In this document: in pieces, positions 11,357 through 21,400 of the stretch
How positions within the stretch are numbered: position 1 is the stretch's first letter
Layout of the letters: each line of letters starts with the position of its first letter
Origin: Terriglobia bacterium
GTDB lineage: Bacteria; Acidobacteriota; Terriglobia; JAJPHL01; JAPKYU01
Direction: 5' to 3'
NCBI GenBank assembly: GCA_965223005.1
Contig: CBDCVK010000002.1
Span: 1 to 64,000 of the forward strand
Length of the DNA stretch: 64,000 bases
Notes under the pieces: model-generated
What the model saw: only the letters and a program-made list of their open reading frames with translations
What the model was told of the DNA's origin: nothing
Database searches by the model: none
Position numbers and translations under genes: made by a program

Positions 11357-12864
11357 GGCTGCGGCCACAGGGCAGGCGTCGGCTTCGTGTTCGGCAAGCC
11401 TTTTTGATTTGCGTCTGCATTTTCGGCGGGGCGCTGCAGTTGTCCAGCGCGGCCCGGCCGCGCTACGGCGGCACTCTTCGGCTGGGTTTTTACCAAACAG
11501 CGGAGACCTACGACCCTACGGCGGCCACCACGCTGCCCGAACGCCTCCTTGCCCGCTCTCTGTACGAGACCCTGGTAGCGTTTGATGATCGGGAAGGCGA
11601 TGATCGGGAGGGAGACGATCGGGAAGGCAGAGCCATGGGTGCTGCGTCGGGGCTGGCCGCTCGTTGGCATGCGGAATTGGGGGGCAAGCGCTGGGTCTTT
11701 CAATTGCGCCCCGGCATCCGGTTCCACAATGGAACGCCTCTGAGCGCGGCAGCGGTGCAGGCCTCTCTGGAACGGGCAGTGGCCCGAGCGCAGACAGCTA
11801 GCGCAGCCTACCTGCGCCGCGCGCGATTCGTGTGCGCATCGCCTTCCCCAAGCCGCCTGACCTGCAACTTGGCCAAGCCCATAGCGGCGCTACCGAAGCT
11901 ATTGGCCGATCCGGCCTTGGCCATCGCCGAGTCCGACGGCGCCGGTACCGGCCCCTGGAAGCTGGCCTCCTGGTCGCTGGGAACTCGTGCCCGACTGGAA
12001 GCATTCGACGAGTACCGGCAGGGCCGGCCCTTCCTGGACGCAATTGAAGCAAGATTCGGAACCGACCCGCGGCGGCAGCGGGTCGATTTCGAACTGAAGC
12101 GCGTGGACGTGCTTGTAGCAATGCCCACCGAGGCTCGCGCCCCAGGCCAGGTGCGCGCTGCGCTTCCTTCCAACCTGTTGCTCCTGGGCTTTTCCCCTGC
12201 CACGGCGTTCTTGCGCGGAGGCGAGCAGGGCGGGCTTGCTGCCCGCCAGGCGCTGCTGGCCGTATTGGACCGGGAAGCGCTCGCCGACCTGCTGCCGCCC
12301 GGCCGGGCCCGTGCGGCAAAGGCATTCTTGCCGGGTTGGGTGAGCGGCTACGACTTTCTGCTTGGGTTCGGAGCCTGGCGAAAGCCTGGGACGGCCCAGC
12401 GGCTACTGCAGCCCGCCGGCGCGCTACCTCGGGGACCGTTCCGGTTGATCTATGACGCGGCCGATCCGGTAGCAGAGCTGGCTGCTTCGCGGCGCGCATT
12501 GGACTTGCGCGGCATGGGGATGGAGTTGCGGCCTCAGGGCCTCGCTGGCGCCGGCTTCCGACAGGCCCGGCAAGCGGGCCGCTATGACCTGTTCCTGGAA
12601 TCGGTGTCCCTGCGTGTAGAGCACCCCGCGGCTGCTCTGGCCGACCTGCTGTCTCGCCATAGCCCGGAGCGGGTTCCGATGGAACTGTTCCAGCCGGCCC
12701 GCTCGATTGAACTCCAGTACCGGCTGGAGAGAGCGGCGCTGGAGGATTTACGTCTGATCCCTCTGCTTCATTACCGCGACCAGTACAGTTTCCAGCCCGG
12801 CCTGGAACAGGTGCGCCTGAGGGAAAATGGTATGCTGGACCTTGCCAATGCTTGGAAGCGATAA
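11353..12864 (+). CDS. Family 5 extracellular solute-binding protein (OppA/SgrR-like)
   Basis: PRYGGTLR, LYETLV, WVFQLRPGIRFHNGTPL, GTGPWKL, GRPFLDAIE. Confidence 0.85.
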   Translation: MRLRPQGRRRLRVRQAFLICVCIFGGALQLSSAARPRYGGTLRLGFYQTAETYDPTAATTLPERLLARSLYETLVAFDDREGDDREGDDREGRAMGAASGLAARWHAELGGKRWVFQLRPGIRFHNGTPLSAAAVQASLERAVARAQTASAAYLRRARFVCASPSPSRLTCNLAKPIAALPKLLADPALAIAESDGAGTGPWKLASWSLGTRARLEAFDEYRQGRPFLDAIEARFGTDPRRQRVDFELKRVDVLVAMPTEARAPGQVRAALPSNLLLLGFSPATAFLRGGEQGGLAARQALLAVLDREALADLLPPGRARAAKAFLPGWVSGYDFLLGFGAWRKPGTAQRLLQPAGALPRGPFRLIYDAADPVAELAASRRALDLRGMGMELRPQGLAGAGFRQARQAGRYDLFLESVSLRVEHPAAALADLLSRHSPERVPMELFQPARSIELQYRLERAALEDLRLIPLLHYRDQYSFQPGLEQVRLRENGMLDLANAWKR

Positions 12865-12949
12865 GGCGCGTCGGCCTCATGCCATCGGGAAGCCGAAGCT
12901 CCCCTAGCGGATGCCCGTGGTCCGCGCGATCCCCGGATCAGCGCCAACC

Positions 12950-14714
12950 ATGAACTTGAGTTTCCGCTGGAAGTTGCTGTTGGCATTCGGCGTCACCACC
13001 GTGGTGGCGGTGGCGGTCGTGGCATTCGTGGCCACCCGGCTGGTGGGGGCCTCCTTCCTCCGCGGCGATCGGGAACGCATCGAAGGGGTACTGGGGCAGG
13101 CGCGGGCGAGCATCCAGCGCCGCGGCGAGCTGGCGGGCCGGCGTGTGACTGCGGCCTCGGAAAGCGAAGCCGCCACCCGGATGGCCATCGCACTGAATCA
13201 GTCGCCGCAGGGAACACCGGCCCCAGGCGTTTTCCTGACGGAAGCAACCACGCTGGCACGCGCTCACGAACTGGACCTGCTGCAACTGATCGCACACGAC
13301 GGAACAATCCTCTCTTCGGCCCAGTGGCAGGCGCGCGCCGGCTACCGCGAACCAGGACTGGCGCGACTGGTCTCGCGCAAGACCCCCTTTGTGCGCCTGG
13401 AGGAATTGCCGTCGGGGCAGGTGCTGGCAGTCGAAGTGGTGCGTGATCTCAGCCTCGGGGCGCGTAAGCTGTACCTGATCGGTGGGTACCCTCTGGACGA
13501 GTCCTTCGTCAGCGAACTCAGCCAGGCAGGCTTGGAACATGTGGTTCTGTTCCGCCTGGCCGGGCAGGGGCAACTGGTGCCCATGTCCGGGGCGTCCCGG
13601 CGGGAAGCTGTCGGCGAGCAGCAAAGTCGACCGGGGTCCGGCGTCGGGGAAGCACTGCGTCTCGTCGCAGAACGTGTGGTCCTTTCTGGCGCGGAGTACC
13701 GGGGCGAACTGGGGCGCGCGGAAGGCGTGGCTGCGCCCTCCAGCGTCGCGGGCACCCCGATTCGCGACGTTGCTGGAACCACGCTCGGCGCCCTGGTGGT
13801 TACCGTATCGGGGGCCGAACGGGTCCAGGTGATCCGCTCACTGTATTGGGCGGCCGTGGTGGCCGGGGCGTTAGGGTTGCTGGCTGCCATGGTGCTGACT
13901 GCGTGCCTCCAAGGAGGTGGCAGGCGGCAATCTGGAGTACCGCATCCGGCCGCGCGGAGATGACGAGATGGCCCGTCTCTCAAGCGCATTCAACCAGATG
14001 GCCTCTAGCCTGCGAGAACATCGTGAGCGTCTGGTGCAAGCCGAGCGAGTGGCCGCTTGGCGCGAGCTGGCCCGCCGCCTGGCCCACGAGTTGAAGAACC
14101 CGTTGTTCCCTCTCCAGCTTTCCATAGAGAACCTGCGCCGCGCCCGCCAGACGGATCCGGCAAACTTCAACGAAGTCTTTGAGGAGGGAACGACCACGCT
14201 TCTGGCCGAACTGGAGGAGCTAAGACAGATTGTGGCGCGCTTCAATGATTTTGCCCGAATGCCGCGGCCGGAGCCGGAGCAGACTGACTTGAGGGGCCTG
14301 CTTGAAAAGACGGCGCGCCTGTACGAAGCGCGCATCCGTCAGGAGAGCATCGCGCTGGATTTACAGCTGGCCCACGAACCCGTAGTGGCCCACGCCGATC
14401 CCTACCTGGTGAGCCAGGCCCTGGGGAACCTGGTATTGAATGCGCTGGACGCGATGCCCGGTGGCGGCCGCTTAGAATTATGTGCCTTCGCCCACAACGG
14501 CCGCGCCGTCGTGGAAGTCGCCGACACCGGCCGGGGACTTACCGAGGACGAGCAGCAGCGCGTCTTTAGCCCCTATTACACCACCAAGCAGCACGGCACA
14601 GGACTGGGATTGGCCATCGTGCAGTCGGTAGTAGCCGACCACGGCGGCCGCATCACGGTGGAAAGCGCCCCTCAGAAAGGGACTCGCTTCCGCATCGAAC
14701 TCCCCTCATCATGA
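12950..14714 (+). CDS. HAMP sensor histidine kinase (NtrY-like), disrupted near 13905
   Basis: TM1-periplasmic-TM2 in one frame; HAMP remainder, AWRELARRLAHELKNPL, NALDAM, DTGRG, TTKQHGTGLGL in another frame. Confidence 0.85.
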
Positions 14715-16102
14715 AATTGAAAATCCTGATCGTGGATGACGACCCCAACACGCTGGCGCAGCTGGCGCGGGCGTTTCGCATGGAGGGGTTGGAAGCGGTG
14801 GTCGCCGAATCGGCCGAAACGGCGCTTCAGCGACTGCGCGAGAACGGCGTGGATGCTGTAGTTTCCGACGTGGTGATGCCCGGGACCAGCGGGCTGGAAC
14901 TGCTGGAAGCGATCCGCCGCGAGCGCCCGGACCTGCCGGGCGTGATGATCTCCGGCCAGGCCACCATCGAAATCGCGGTGCGCGCCACCCGCTCCGGCGC
15001 CATTGATTTCCTGGAAAAGCCGGTCTCGGCGCAAAAGTTGCTGGTGACGGTGGAGAACGCGGTGCGCCTGCGCCGCCTGGAAGAGGAGAACGTCGAACTC
15101 CGTCGCCAGATGGGCGACGGCGAGCTGCTGTTTCGCAGCCCGGCAATGAAGCAAGTCGCCTCCCAGGTGGAGCTGGTGGCGCCCACCGACTCAACTGTCT
15201 GCATCCTGGGCGAAACCGGGGTAGGGAAGGAGCTGGTGGCTCGCGCCATCCACCGCGCCAGCCCGCGCCGCGACGGTCCCTTCATTCAGCTCAACTGCGC
15301 CGCCGTGCCGGCCGAACTCATCGAAAGTGAGTTGTTCGGCCACGAGAAGGGTTCCTTCACCGGGGCCGTCAGCCGACACATCGGCAAGTTCGAGGCGGCC
15401 AACGGGGGAACCCTGTTCCTGGACGAGATCGGCGACATGCCTGCGCCGATGCAGGCCAAGCTGCTGCGCGTGCTGCAGGAGCGCCAGTTCGAACGCATCG
15501 GTTCCCATCGGATGATTTCCGCCGACGTCCGCGTGGTGACTGCCACTAACAAGGATTTGCGCCGCCTGATCGCCGCCGGCCAGTTCCGCGAAGACCTCCT
15601 CCACCGCATCTACGTCTTCCCCATCGCTGTGCCGCCGCTACGCGAACGCCTGGAGGACGTACCACTGCTGGCCGAGCACTTCGCCCGCGAGATCGCCCTG
15701 AGGAACAACTGGAAGGAGGCGCGCATCGCGCCCGAGGCCCTAGAGCGGCTGGTCCGCTACGGCTGGCCGGGCAATGTGCGGGAACTGCGGAACGTGGTGG
15801 AGCGGGCGTTGATTCTGGCGCGCGGCGGCGAAATCGCTGGCCCGCTGGTGGATGAGTTGCTAGGCACAGCGCCCGGTGCCTCCGGTCGAGCGTCCAGTCG
15901 CGACTCCGGCCAATTTGGCTTCCGCGGCCGCCCCTTGAAAGAAACCATGGAAGAGGTTGAGCGGCAGGTGGTGCTGGAGGCGCTGGAACAGCACGGCTAC
16001 CAGATCGCGCCGACCGCTCGCACCTTGGGCTTGGAGCGCAGCCACTTTTACAAGAAATGCAGGCAGCTCAGCATCGACCTCCGCACGCTCCGGTCGGAGT
16101 GA
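14711..16102 (+). CDS. Sigma-54-dependent response regulator (NtrC/NtrX/AtoC family)
   Basis: Receiver domain, GETGVGKE, ESELFGHEKGSFTGA, LFLDEIGD, WPGNVRELRN, Fis-type HTH. Confidence 0.95.
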   Translation: MKLKILIVDDDPNTLAQLARAFRMEGLEAVVAESAETALQRLRENGVDAVVSDVVMPGTSGLELLEAIRRERPDLPGVMISGQATIEIAVRATRSGAIDFLEKPVSAQKLLVTVENAVRLRRLEEENVELRRQMGDGELLFRSPAMKQVASQVELVAPTDSTVCILGETGVGKELVARAIHRASPRRDGPFIQLNCAAVPAELIESELFGHEKGSFTGAVSRHIGKFEAANGGTLFLDEIGDMPAPMQAKLLRVLQERQFERIGSHRMISADVRVVTATNKDLRRLIAAGQFREDLLHRIYVFPIAVPPLRERLEDVPLLAEHFAREIALRNNWKEARIAPEALERLVRYGWPGNVRELRNVVERALILARGGEIAGPLVDELLGTAPGASGRASSRDSGQFGFRGRPLKETMEEVERQVVLEALEQHGYQIAPTARTLGLERSHFYKKCRQLSIDLRTLRSE

Positions 16103-16207
16103 GATTGTCGGCTCCGGGACAGTGACTCGCTTGGTTATCCGCGCCCGGTGGGGCAAGGGCTGCGTTGACATTTTTAACGTTCTGCCCGTATTGTGTTTGT
16201 AGATCGA

Positions 16208-16756
16208 ATGCAGGAGCAAACCTACGCTATTGTCGTCTACCTGCAGGGTCCTCTGGCCCAATTTGTAAACCGCCTCCGGGAGCAACTCAACCCCGAATAC
16301 GCAGGCAAGGGTGCCCACGTAACGGTAATTCCGCCTCGCCCGCTGGTCATTTCCGAGGAGGCGGCTGCGGAAGAGGCACGCGCGCAGTGCGCCGGGTGGG
16401 AACCTTTCGAGCTGGAAGTCGGCAACATACAGACCTTTCTCCCCGTTAATCACGTTGTCTACCTGGGGCTTAGGCAGGGGGCCGACCAATTGCGCCGCCT
16501 GCACCAGACCTTAAACCGCGGATACCTGGCCTGCCCGGAGCCGGTCGAGTTCGTTCCACACATCACCATCGCCCAGGATCTGAGCGAGCAACGCATCCTG
16601 GATGTGTTCGCCCAGGTTTCCAGCGGATTTGCCGCCTATGCTGGACCCCGTCGCCATCCGGTAAGGACGCTGACCTTCGTGCGCCAGAACGATGCGGGCG
16701 ATTGGATCGACTTGGCTGAACTTCAACTTGGGCGTGCCGGTGTCTTGACACGGTAG
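16208..16756 (+). CDS. 2H phosphoesterase / 2'-5' RNA ligase family protein
   Basis: Two HxT motifs (AHVTV, PHITI); upstream TTGACA-N18-TATTGT. Confidence 0.85.
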   Translation: MQEQTYAIVVYLQGPLAQFVNRLREQLNPEYAGKGAHVTVIPPRPLVISEEAAAEEARAQCAGWEPFELEVGNIQTFLPVNHVVYLGLRQGADQLRRLHQTLNRGYLACPEPVEFVPHITIAQDLSEQRILDVFAQVSSGFAAYAGPRRHPVRTLTFVRQNDAGDWIDLAELQLGRAGVLTR

Positions 16757-16874
16757 GATGACCGCGTACCACCCCGTTCCACACCACATATAGACAGCCA
16801 GACCCTAGATTCCTCAACCAGTCGTAGCCGGGCTATCCCCATGGCCTGGGTTACGGAGAGGGCCAAGATTTCCC

Positions 16875-16930
16875 TTGACAGTTGTGGGTGGAAGGGGTAA
16901 AAAGTGGGCAGAAGTGGAGATAAGTGGAGA
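16875..16930 (+). promoter_or_regulatory. dcw promoter with MraZ-binding direct repeats
   Basis: TTGACA-N17-TAAAAA with GTGG(G/A) at 16884, 16904, 16914 and 16924 (10-bp phase). Confidence 0.8.
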
Positions 16931-17054
16931 AGCATGAACGGGGTGGCCCAGAACTCTCCTGTAAGTGGGACATCCGGGTCAGGGTCAAGCTTGTCGTCGG
17001 CTCGGAGGATGCACGGCCAAAGTGGCTGAGGGAAGCGCGGCTGAGGGAAGCGAA

Positions 17055-17237
17055 ATGACACCAGTGAGCGAGCTACGGCAGGAGATGGCATGGGTTGCGG
17101 CCACCGACGCGGCCAACCAGAACATGCGAGCGCACGGGCGCATCGTTTGGGACGCAGATGACTACAACGTGGCTACCGTGGAATTGGACCGGCTCTTGGA
17201 AGGCGAGAGGGAGTCCGAGCAGTGCTTCGACGAGTGA
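17055..17237 (+). CDS. Small hypothetical protein (60 aa) upstream of mraZ
   Basis: MTPVSELRQEMAWVAATDAANQNMRAHGRIVWDADDYNVATVELDRLL..., with a GAGGGAAG RBS. Confidence 0.6.
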   Translation: MTPVSELRQEMAWVAATDAANQNMRAHGRIVWDADDYNVATVELDRLLEGERESEQCFDE

Positions 17238-17300
17238 AGCTGCGGCCTGACGGGCCGCATTGGCTGACGGTCCCAGGCAGTTTTGAAACGGGCATGACCG

Positions 17301-17744
17301 ATGCTTCGAGGCAACTATCCGGCGCGAGTGGACGAGAAAGGGCGGCTGAAGGTTCCCGCCCCCTTCAAAGACGACCTGGAAGAGAACTACGGAAAACATT
17401 TTTATATCACCAGCCTGGACGGTCAGTACGTTCGCATTTATCCCCTGGAAGAGTGGAACAAGTTGGAAGAGAAGCTCCAGGCGGCTTCTTCGTTCAACCG
17501 CACGCGCCGCAAGTTCCTGGACCGGACCAACTACTTTGGCCAGCTGGTGGAGATGGACAAGCAGGGCCGAGTGCTGATTCCCGCCGTTTTGCGGGAAGAG
17601 GCCGAGATGAAAGGCGATGTGGCGGTGCTCGGCAACCTGGCCTTCCTGGAAGTGTGGAATCGCGAGCGCTTCGTGAAGGAGAGGATCGAGCAGAACCCGA
17701 TTACGTCTGAAGACGAGGGGCTGCTGGAGCAGTTGGGGATTTAA
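17301..17744 (+). CDS. mraZ: Division/cell wall cluster repressor MraZ
   Basis: Duplicated DEKGRL / DKQGRV motifs; position ahead of rsmH. Confidence 0.96.
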   Translation: MLRGNYPARVDEKGRLKVPAPFKDDLEENYGKHFYITSLDGQYVRIYPLEEWNKLEEKLQAASSFNRTRRKFLDRTNYFGQLVEMDKQGRVLIPAVLREEAEMKGDVAVLGNLAFLEVWNRERFVKERIEQNPITSEDEGLLEQLGI

Positions 17745-17747
17745 GGA

Positions 17748-18704
17748 TTGGCCCTATCCGGGCACGTTCCGGTGCTGTTGCGCGAGGCGCTGGAGTACTT
17801 GGCCATCCGGCCCGAAGGAACCTACGTGGACTGCACGATAGGGGCTGGAGGGCACAGCGCCGAGATCGTCCGGAGATTGACCACCGGCCGGCTGCTGGCG
17901 CTGGATCGCGATCCACAAGCTCTGGAGCTGGCGCGGCAGAGGCTGGCCGAATTCGGGGACGCCGAATTGGGGAACACCGAGTTGGGGAACAAGGTGAAGC
18001 TGGTGCAAGCCCACTTCGAAGATCTGGTTGAGACCACGCGGCAACAGGGTGCCGCGCCGGCCGATGGCCTGCTGGCCGACCTCGGCCTCTCCCGGATGCA
18101 GTTGGACAATCCCCAGCGGGGCTTTAGTTTTGCGACGGAGGGGCCGCTCGACATGCGCATGGATCCAGCTCAGCCCCGAACCGCCGCAGAAGTCGTAAAT
18201 CGAACCGGCGAGCGCGAGCTGGCCGATTTGATTTACAAATTCGGAGAAGAAAGGAGGTCGAGGAAAATCGCCAGAGCGATTGTCCGGGCGCGGCCGCTGC
18301 GGAGCACCAAGCAGTTGGCAGAAATTGTTCAGGCCGCGTCCGGGCCATCGCGTCGTCGAGGGCTCCATCCGGCTACGCGCACGTTTCAGGCTCTGCGCAT
18401 CTTCGTGAACAATGAACTGGGCGAGCTCGAGGCCATGCTGGCTTCCTTACCTTCTTCCCGCACCTTTCGGCCGGGTGCCAGAATCGTCGTCATCAGCTTT
18501 CATTCTTTGGAAGACCGAATCGTAAAGCAATCGTATCGGCAGTGGCAGGCTGAAGGATTCGCGCGCATCTTGACCCGGCACGTGGTGGTACCGTCGCCCT
18601 CGGAGGTTCAAGCCAACCCCAGGGCGCGCAGCGCCAAGCTCCGCGCAGCGGAAATCTCGGCCGTCGGCGGCCGCACAAACTCGGCAAACCTGAAGAAAGG
18701 TTAA
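17748..18704 (+). CDS. rsmH: 16S rRNA (cytosine1402-N4)-methyltransferase
   Basis: HVPVLL, DCTIGAGGHS, GPLDMRMD, HPATRTFQALRI, ISFHSLEDRIVK, NPRARSAKLR. Confidence 0.97.
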   Translation: MALSGHVPVLLREALEYLAIRPEGTYVDCTIGAGGHSAEIVRRLTTGRLLALDRDPQALELARQRLAEFGDAELGNTELGNKVKLVQAHFEDLVETTRQQGAAPADGLLADLGLSRMQLDNPQRGFSFATEGPLDMRMDPAQPRTAAEVVNRTGERELADLIYKFGEERRSRKIARAIVRARPLRSTKQLAEIVQAASGPSRRRGLHPATRTFQALRIFVNNELGELEAMLASLPSSRTFRPGARIVVISFHSLEDRIVKQSYRQWQAEGFARILTRHVVVPSPSEVQANPRARSAKLRAAEISAVGGRTNSANLKKG

Positions 18705-18710
18705 GGCTCC

Positions 18711-19226
18711 ATGGCAGATGCATTTCGGTTCCCGAACCTACCCCCCCCGACCGGGCGGCGTCTTCCGCAATGCGTCGTTCGAGCTGACGCTTTCTCCCTC
18801 CCACAGAAGATTGACAACTCACGGCTGGTCAAGGTGGCCGATCCGCGGGAGCGGCGCGCGCAGCACCGCCTGGTGCTGGTCAGCCTGCTGCTGTCGGCCG
18901 CCATCCTGGCCTCCGCCTGCCAGCGATTCGCGATCATCCGGAGCGGCTACCGCCTGGAGGAGCTGAAGGGGCAGCGCGAGCAACTACTGGAAGCCAACCG
19001 GCAACTGCACCTGGAAGAAGCGTCGCTCCGGAACCCGGAGCGAGTGGATGCCATTGCCCGCGCGCAGCTCGGTTTCGCCACGCCGACGCCCAGCCAGATG
19101 CGGCCTCTGGAGCCACTGCCGGACGGCCCGGACGGAGCGGTGTTCGCCGCCGTGCATCCCCCGCCTCTTTCCCAGTCCGTCGGCGCCCAGTCGGTCGGGG
19201 CCGCGCTTCCGACCGTTGTTCCCTAA
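18711..19226 (+). CDS. ftsL: Cell division protein FtsL
   Basis: Single TM, coiled coil, ASLRNPERVDAIARAQLG; lies between rsmH and the PBP gene. Confidence 0.85.
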   Translation: MADAFRFPNLPPPTGRRLPQCVVRADAFSLPQKIDNSRLVKVADPRERRAQHRLVLVSLLLSAAILASACQRFAIIRSGYRLEELKGQREQLLEANRQLHLEEASLRNPERVDAIARAQLGFATPTPSQMRPLEPLPDGPDGAVFAAVHPPPLSQSVGAQSVGAALPTVVP

Positions 19227-19235
19227 GCGAAGCCC

Positions 19236-21299
19236 ATGCTTCCGGTAGCCGACCGCCGGGGCGCTTCCGCAAGCGCTCCCTCTGCCTCCGTCCGCTACCC
19301 GGTGCTCATTGCTATCTTCGTCCTTTGGATGGCGGCTGAAGCCGTTCGCTTGGTGCAGCTCCAGGTTGTTCGTCACACCGAGTTCCTGAGCAAGGCGCAG
19401 CGGCAGCAGCAACGCACCATTGAGGTCAGTCCGAAGCGGGGCGTCATCTACGACCGCAATTTTCACGAGCTGGCCAGGAGTGTTTCGGTAGACTCGGTCT
19501 TCGCGGTCCCGGCGGAGATCCCCGCACCGAAAAACGTCGCCTCGTTACTAGCGCGCGTGCTCGGGTTGAACGAAGGCGACTTGCTGGCGCGCATGGAGGC
19601 CAGCCGCAACTTCTGTTGGGTGAAGCGGAAAGTGGATCGGCTGGAGGCGGAACGGGTGCGCGCCCTCAACCTGGAGGGCATCTACTTTCAAAAAGAGAAC
19701 AAGCGGTTTTACCCTAAGCGTGAGTTGGCAGCCCACGTGCTAGGCCATGTGGGTGTGGATGAAGTCGGGTTGGCGGGCCTTGAGTTCAAGCTGGACAAGA
19801 CGGTCCGTGGACGTGCTGGCAAGCTGCTCATTCAGACCGACGCCCGCCGCCGCTGGTATGGCCGCACCGAGCGGCCGCCCGAGGTTGGCCAGAACGTAGT
19901 TCTCACCCTCGACGAGAAGATCCAGTACATTGTTGAGCGTGAATTGTCGGCAGCAATGGCCACGACCCGGGCGCGCGCAGGCACCGTAGTGCTGCTCGAT
20001 CCCAGCAACGGCCAGATTCTAGCGCTAGCCAATCGGCCCACCTTCAACCCGAACGCGTACGCTCAGGCGCCCCGGAAAGCCTGGATAAACCGGGCGGTGG
20101 CGTCGGCCTACGAGCCCGGGTCCACCTTCAAGGTGGTGACCATTGCCGCGGCGCTCGAGGAGCGGCTCACCCGGCCCAGCGAAGTCATTGACTGCCAGAT
20201 GGGGTCCATCGAAATTGCCGGGCATACGATCCGTGACCACAAACCATTTGGTCCCCTCACGGTCACTCGCATCCTGGCTTACTCCAGCGATGTGGGAACG
20301 ATCAAATTGGGGCTGAGGCTGGGGAACGACCGCATGTACCGCTACATTCGGAAATTCGGATTCGGCGCCCCGACCGGGGCAGGCTTGCCCGGCGAGGCCC
20401 GGGGCCTGCTGCGGCCCCCAGACCGCTGGTCAAAGATCTCCATCGGCGCCATCTCCATGGGGCAGGAAGTGGGTGTCACCGCCATGCAGTTGATCACCGC
20501 CATCTCCGCGGTCGCTAACGACGGCATCCTCAATGAACCCAGGATTGTCCAGAAGCACTTCCGTCAATCGCCCAGGCGGCAGGCGGCACTGCTGTTCGCC
20601 GGGTTGCGCGGCGGCACGCCGGAGCCAAAGGGCAGGCGGGTGCTGAGTCCCGAGACAGCGCTGGAGATGAAGCAGATGATGCGACAGGTGGTGTTGATGG
20701 GCACCGGCATGAAGGCGCAATTGAACGGCTGGTCCGCCGCCGGCAAGACAGGGACGGCACAGAAAACAGACCCAGCTACCGGATCCTACTCGCGGACCGA
20801 TTACGTGGCCTCCTTTGTCGGCTTCGCTCCGGTGAATGAGCCTGCAATCAGCATGGTGGTCATCCTGGACTCCCCGCGCGGACACTATCACGGTGGCGAA
20901 GTGGCCGCACCGGTGTTCCAGCGCATTGCCGAACAGGTGCTGTCCTACCTGGGCGGGGCGCGCGATCTGCCTGTCCTCCCCGAAGCAGAGCAGCCGGAGG
21001 TGGATGCCGACCAGGTGATCGACTTTGCCCTCCAACTCGACTTGGCCAAGGCCTCCCGCGCCTCGTCTTCCGGCGTCCGGAAGGCCTCGAAAGCCGGCTC
21101 AACCGTTGTGCTCGACCTGGACAAGTCACAGGTGGCGCCGGAGTTCTTGGGCAAGTCGGTGCGCGACGTGGCCGAACAGGCGCTCTCGTTGGGACTGGCT
21201 GTGGAGCTGCGAGGAACGGGCGTCGCCCGCCAGCAGGTGCCTCCTCCCGGTAGCCCCCTGGCCTCCGACACCAAAGTCACCGTGCGCTTCTCCCCCTAA
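19236..21299 (+). CDS. ftsI: Class B penicillin-binding protein FtsI with PASTA domain
   Basis: RGVIYDRN, YEPGSTFK, SSDVG, KTGTAQK, C-terminal PASTA. Confidence 0.93.
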   Translation: MLPVADRRGASASAPSASVRYPVLIAIFVLWMAAEAVRLVQLQVVRHTEFLSKAQRQQQRTIEVSPKRGVIYDRNFHELARSVSVDSVFAVPAEIPAPKNVASLLARVLGLNEGDLLARMEASRNFCWVKRKVDRLEAERVRALNLEGIYFQKENKRFYPKRELAAHVLGHVGVDEVGLAGLEFKLDKTVRGRAGKLLIQTDARRRWYGRTERPPEVGQNVVLTLDEKIQYIVERELSAAMATTRARAGTVVLLDPSNGQILALANRPTFNPNAYAQAPRKAWINRAVASAYEPGSTFKVVTIAAALEERLTRPSEVIDCQMGSIEIAGHTIRDHKPFGPLTVTRILAYSSDVGTIKLGLRLGNDRMYRYIRKFGFGAPTGAGLPGEARGLLRPPDRWSKISIGAISMGQEVGVTAMQLITAISAVANDGILNEPRIVQKHFRQSPRRQAALLFAGLRGGTPEPKGRRVLSPETALEMKQMMRQVVLMGTGMKAQLNGWSAAGKTGTAQKTDPATGSYSRTDYVASFVGFAPVNEPAISMVVILDSPRGHYHGGEVAAPVFQRIAEQVLSYLGGARDLPVLPEAEQPEVDADQVIDFALQLDLAKASRASSSGVRKASKAGSTVVLDLDKSQVAPEFLGKSVRDVAEQALSLGLAVELRGTGVARQQVPPPGSPLASDTKVTVRFSP

Positions 21300-21400
21300 G
21301 CCGGTCTTTTCGCGACCGCCTTTGCCAATCAGGGGGCCAGTCAGGTGGGTCAATCAGGCGGGCCAGTCAGGTGAAAGCTCTAGAATCAGTTCACCAACCG

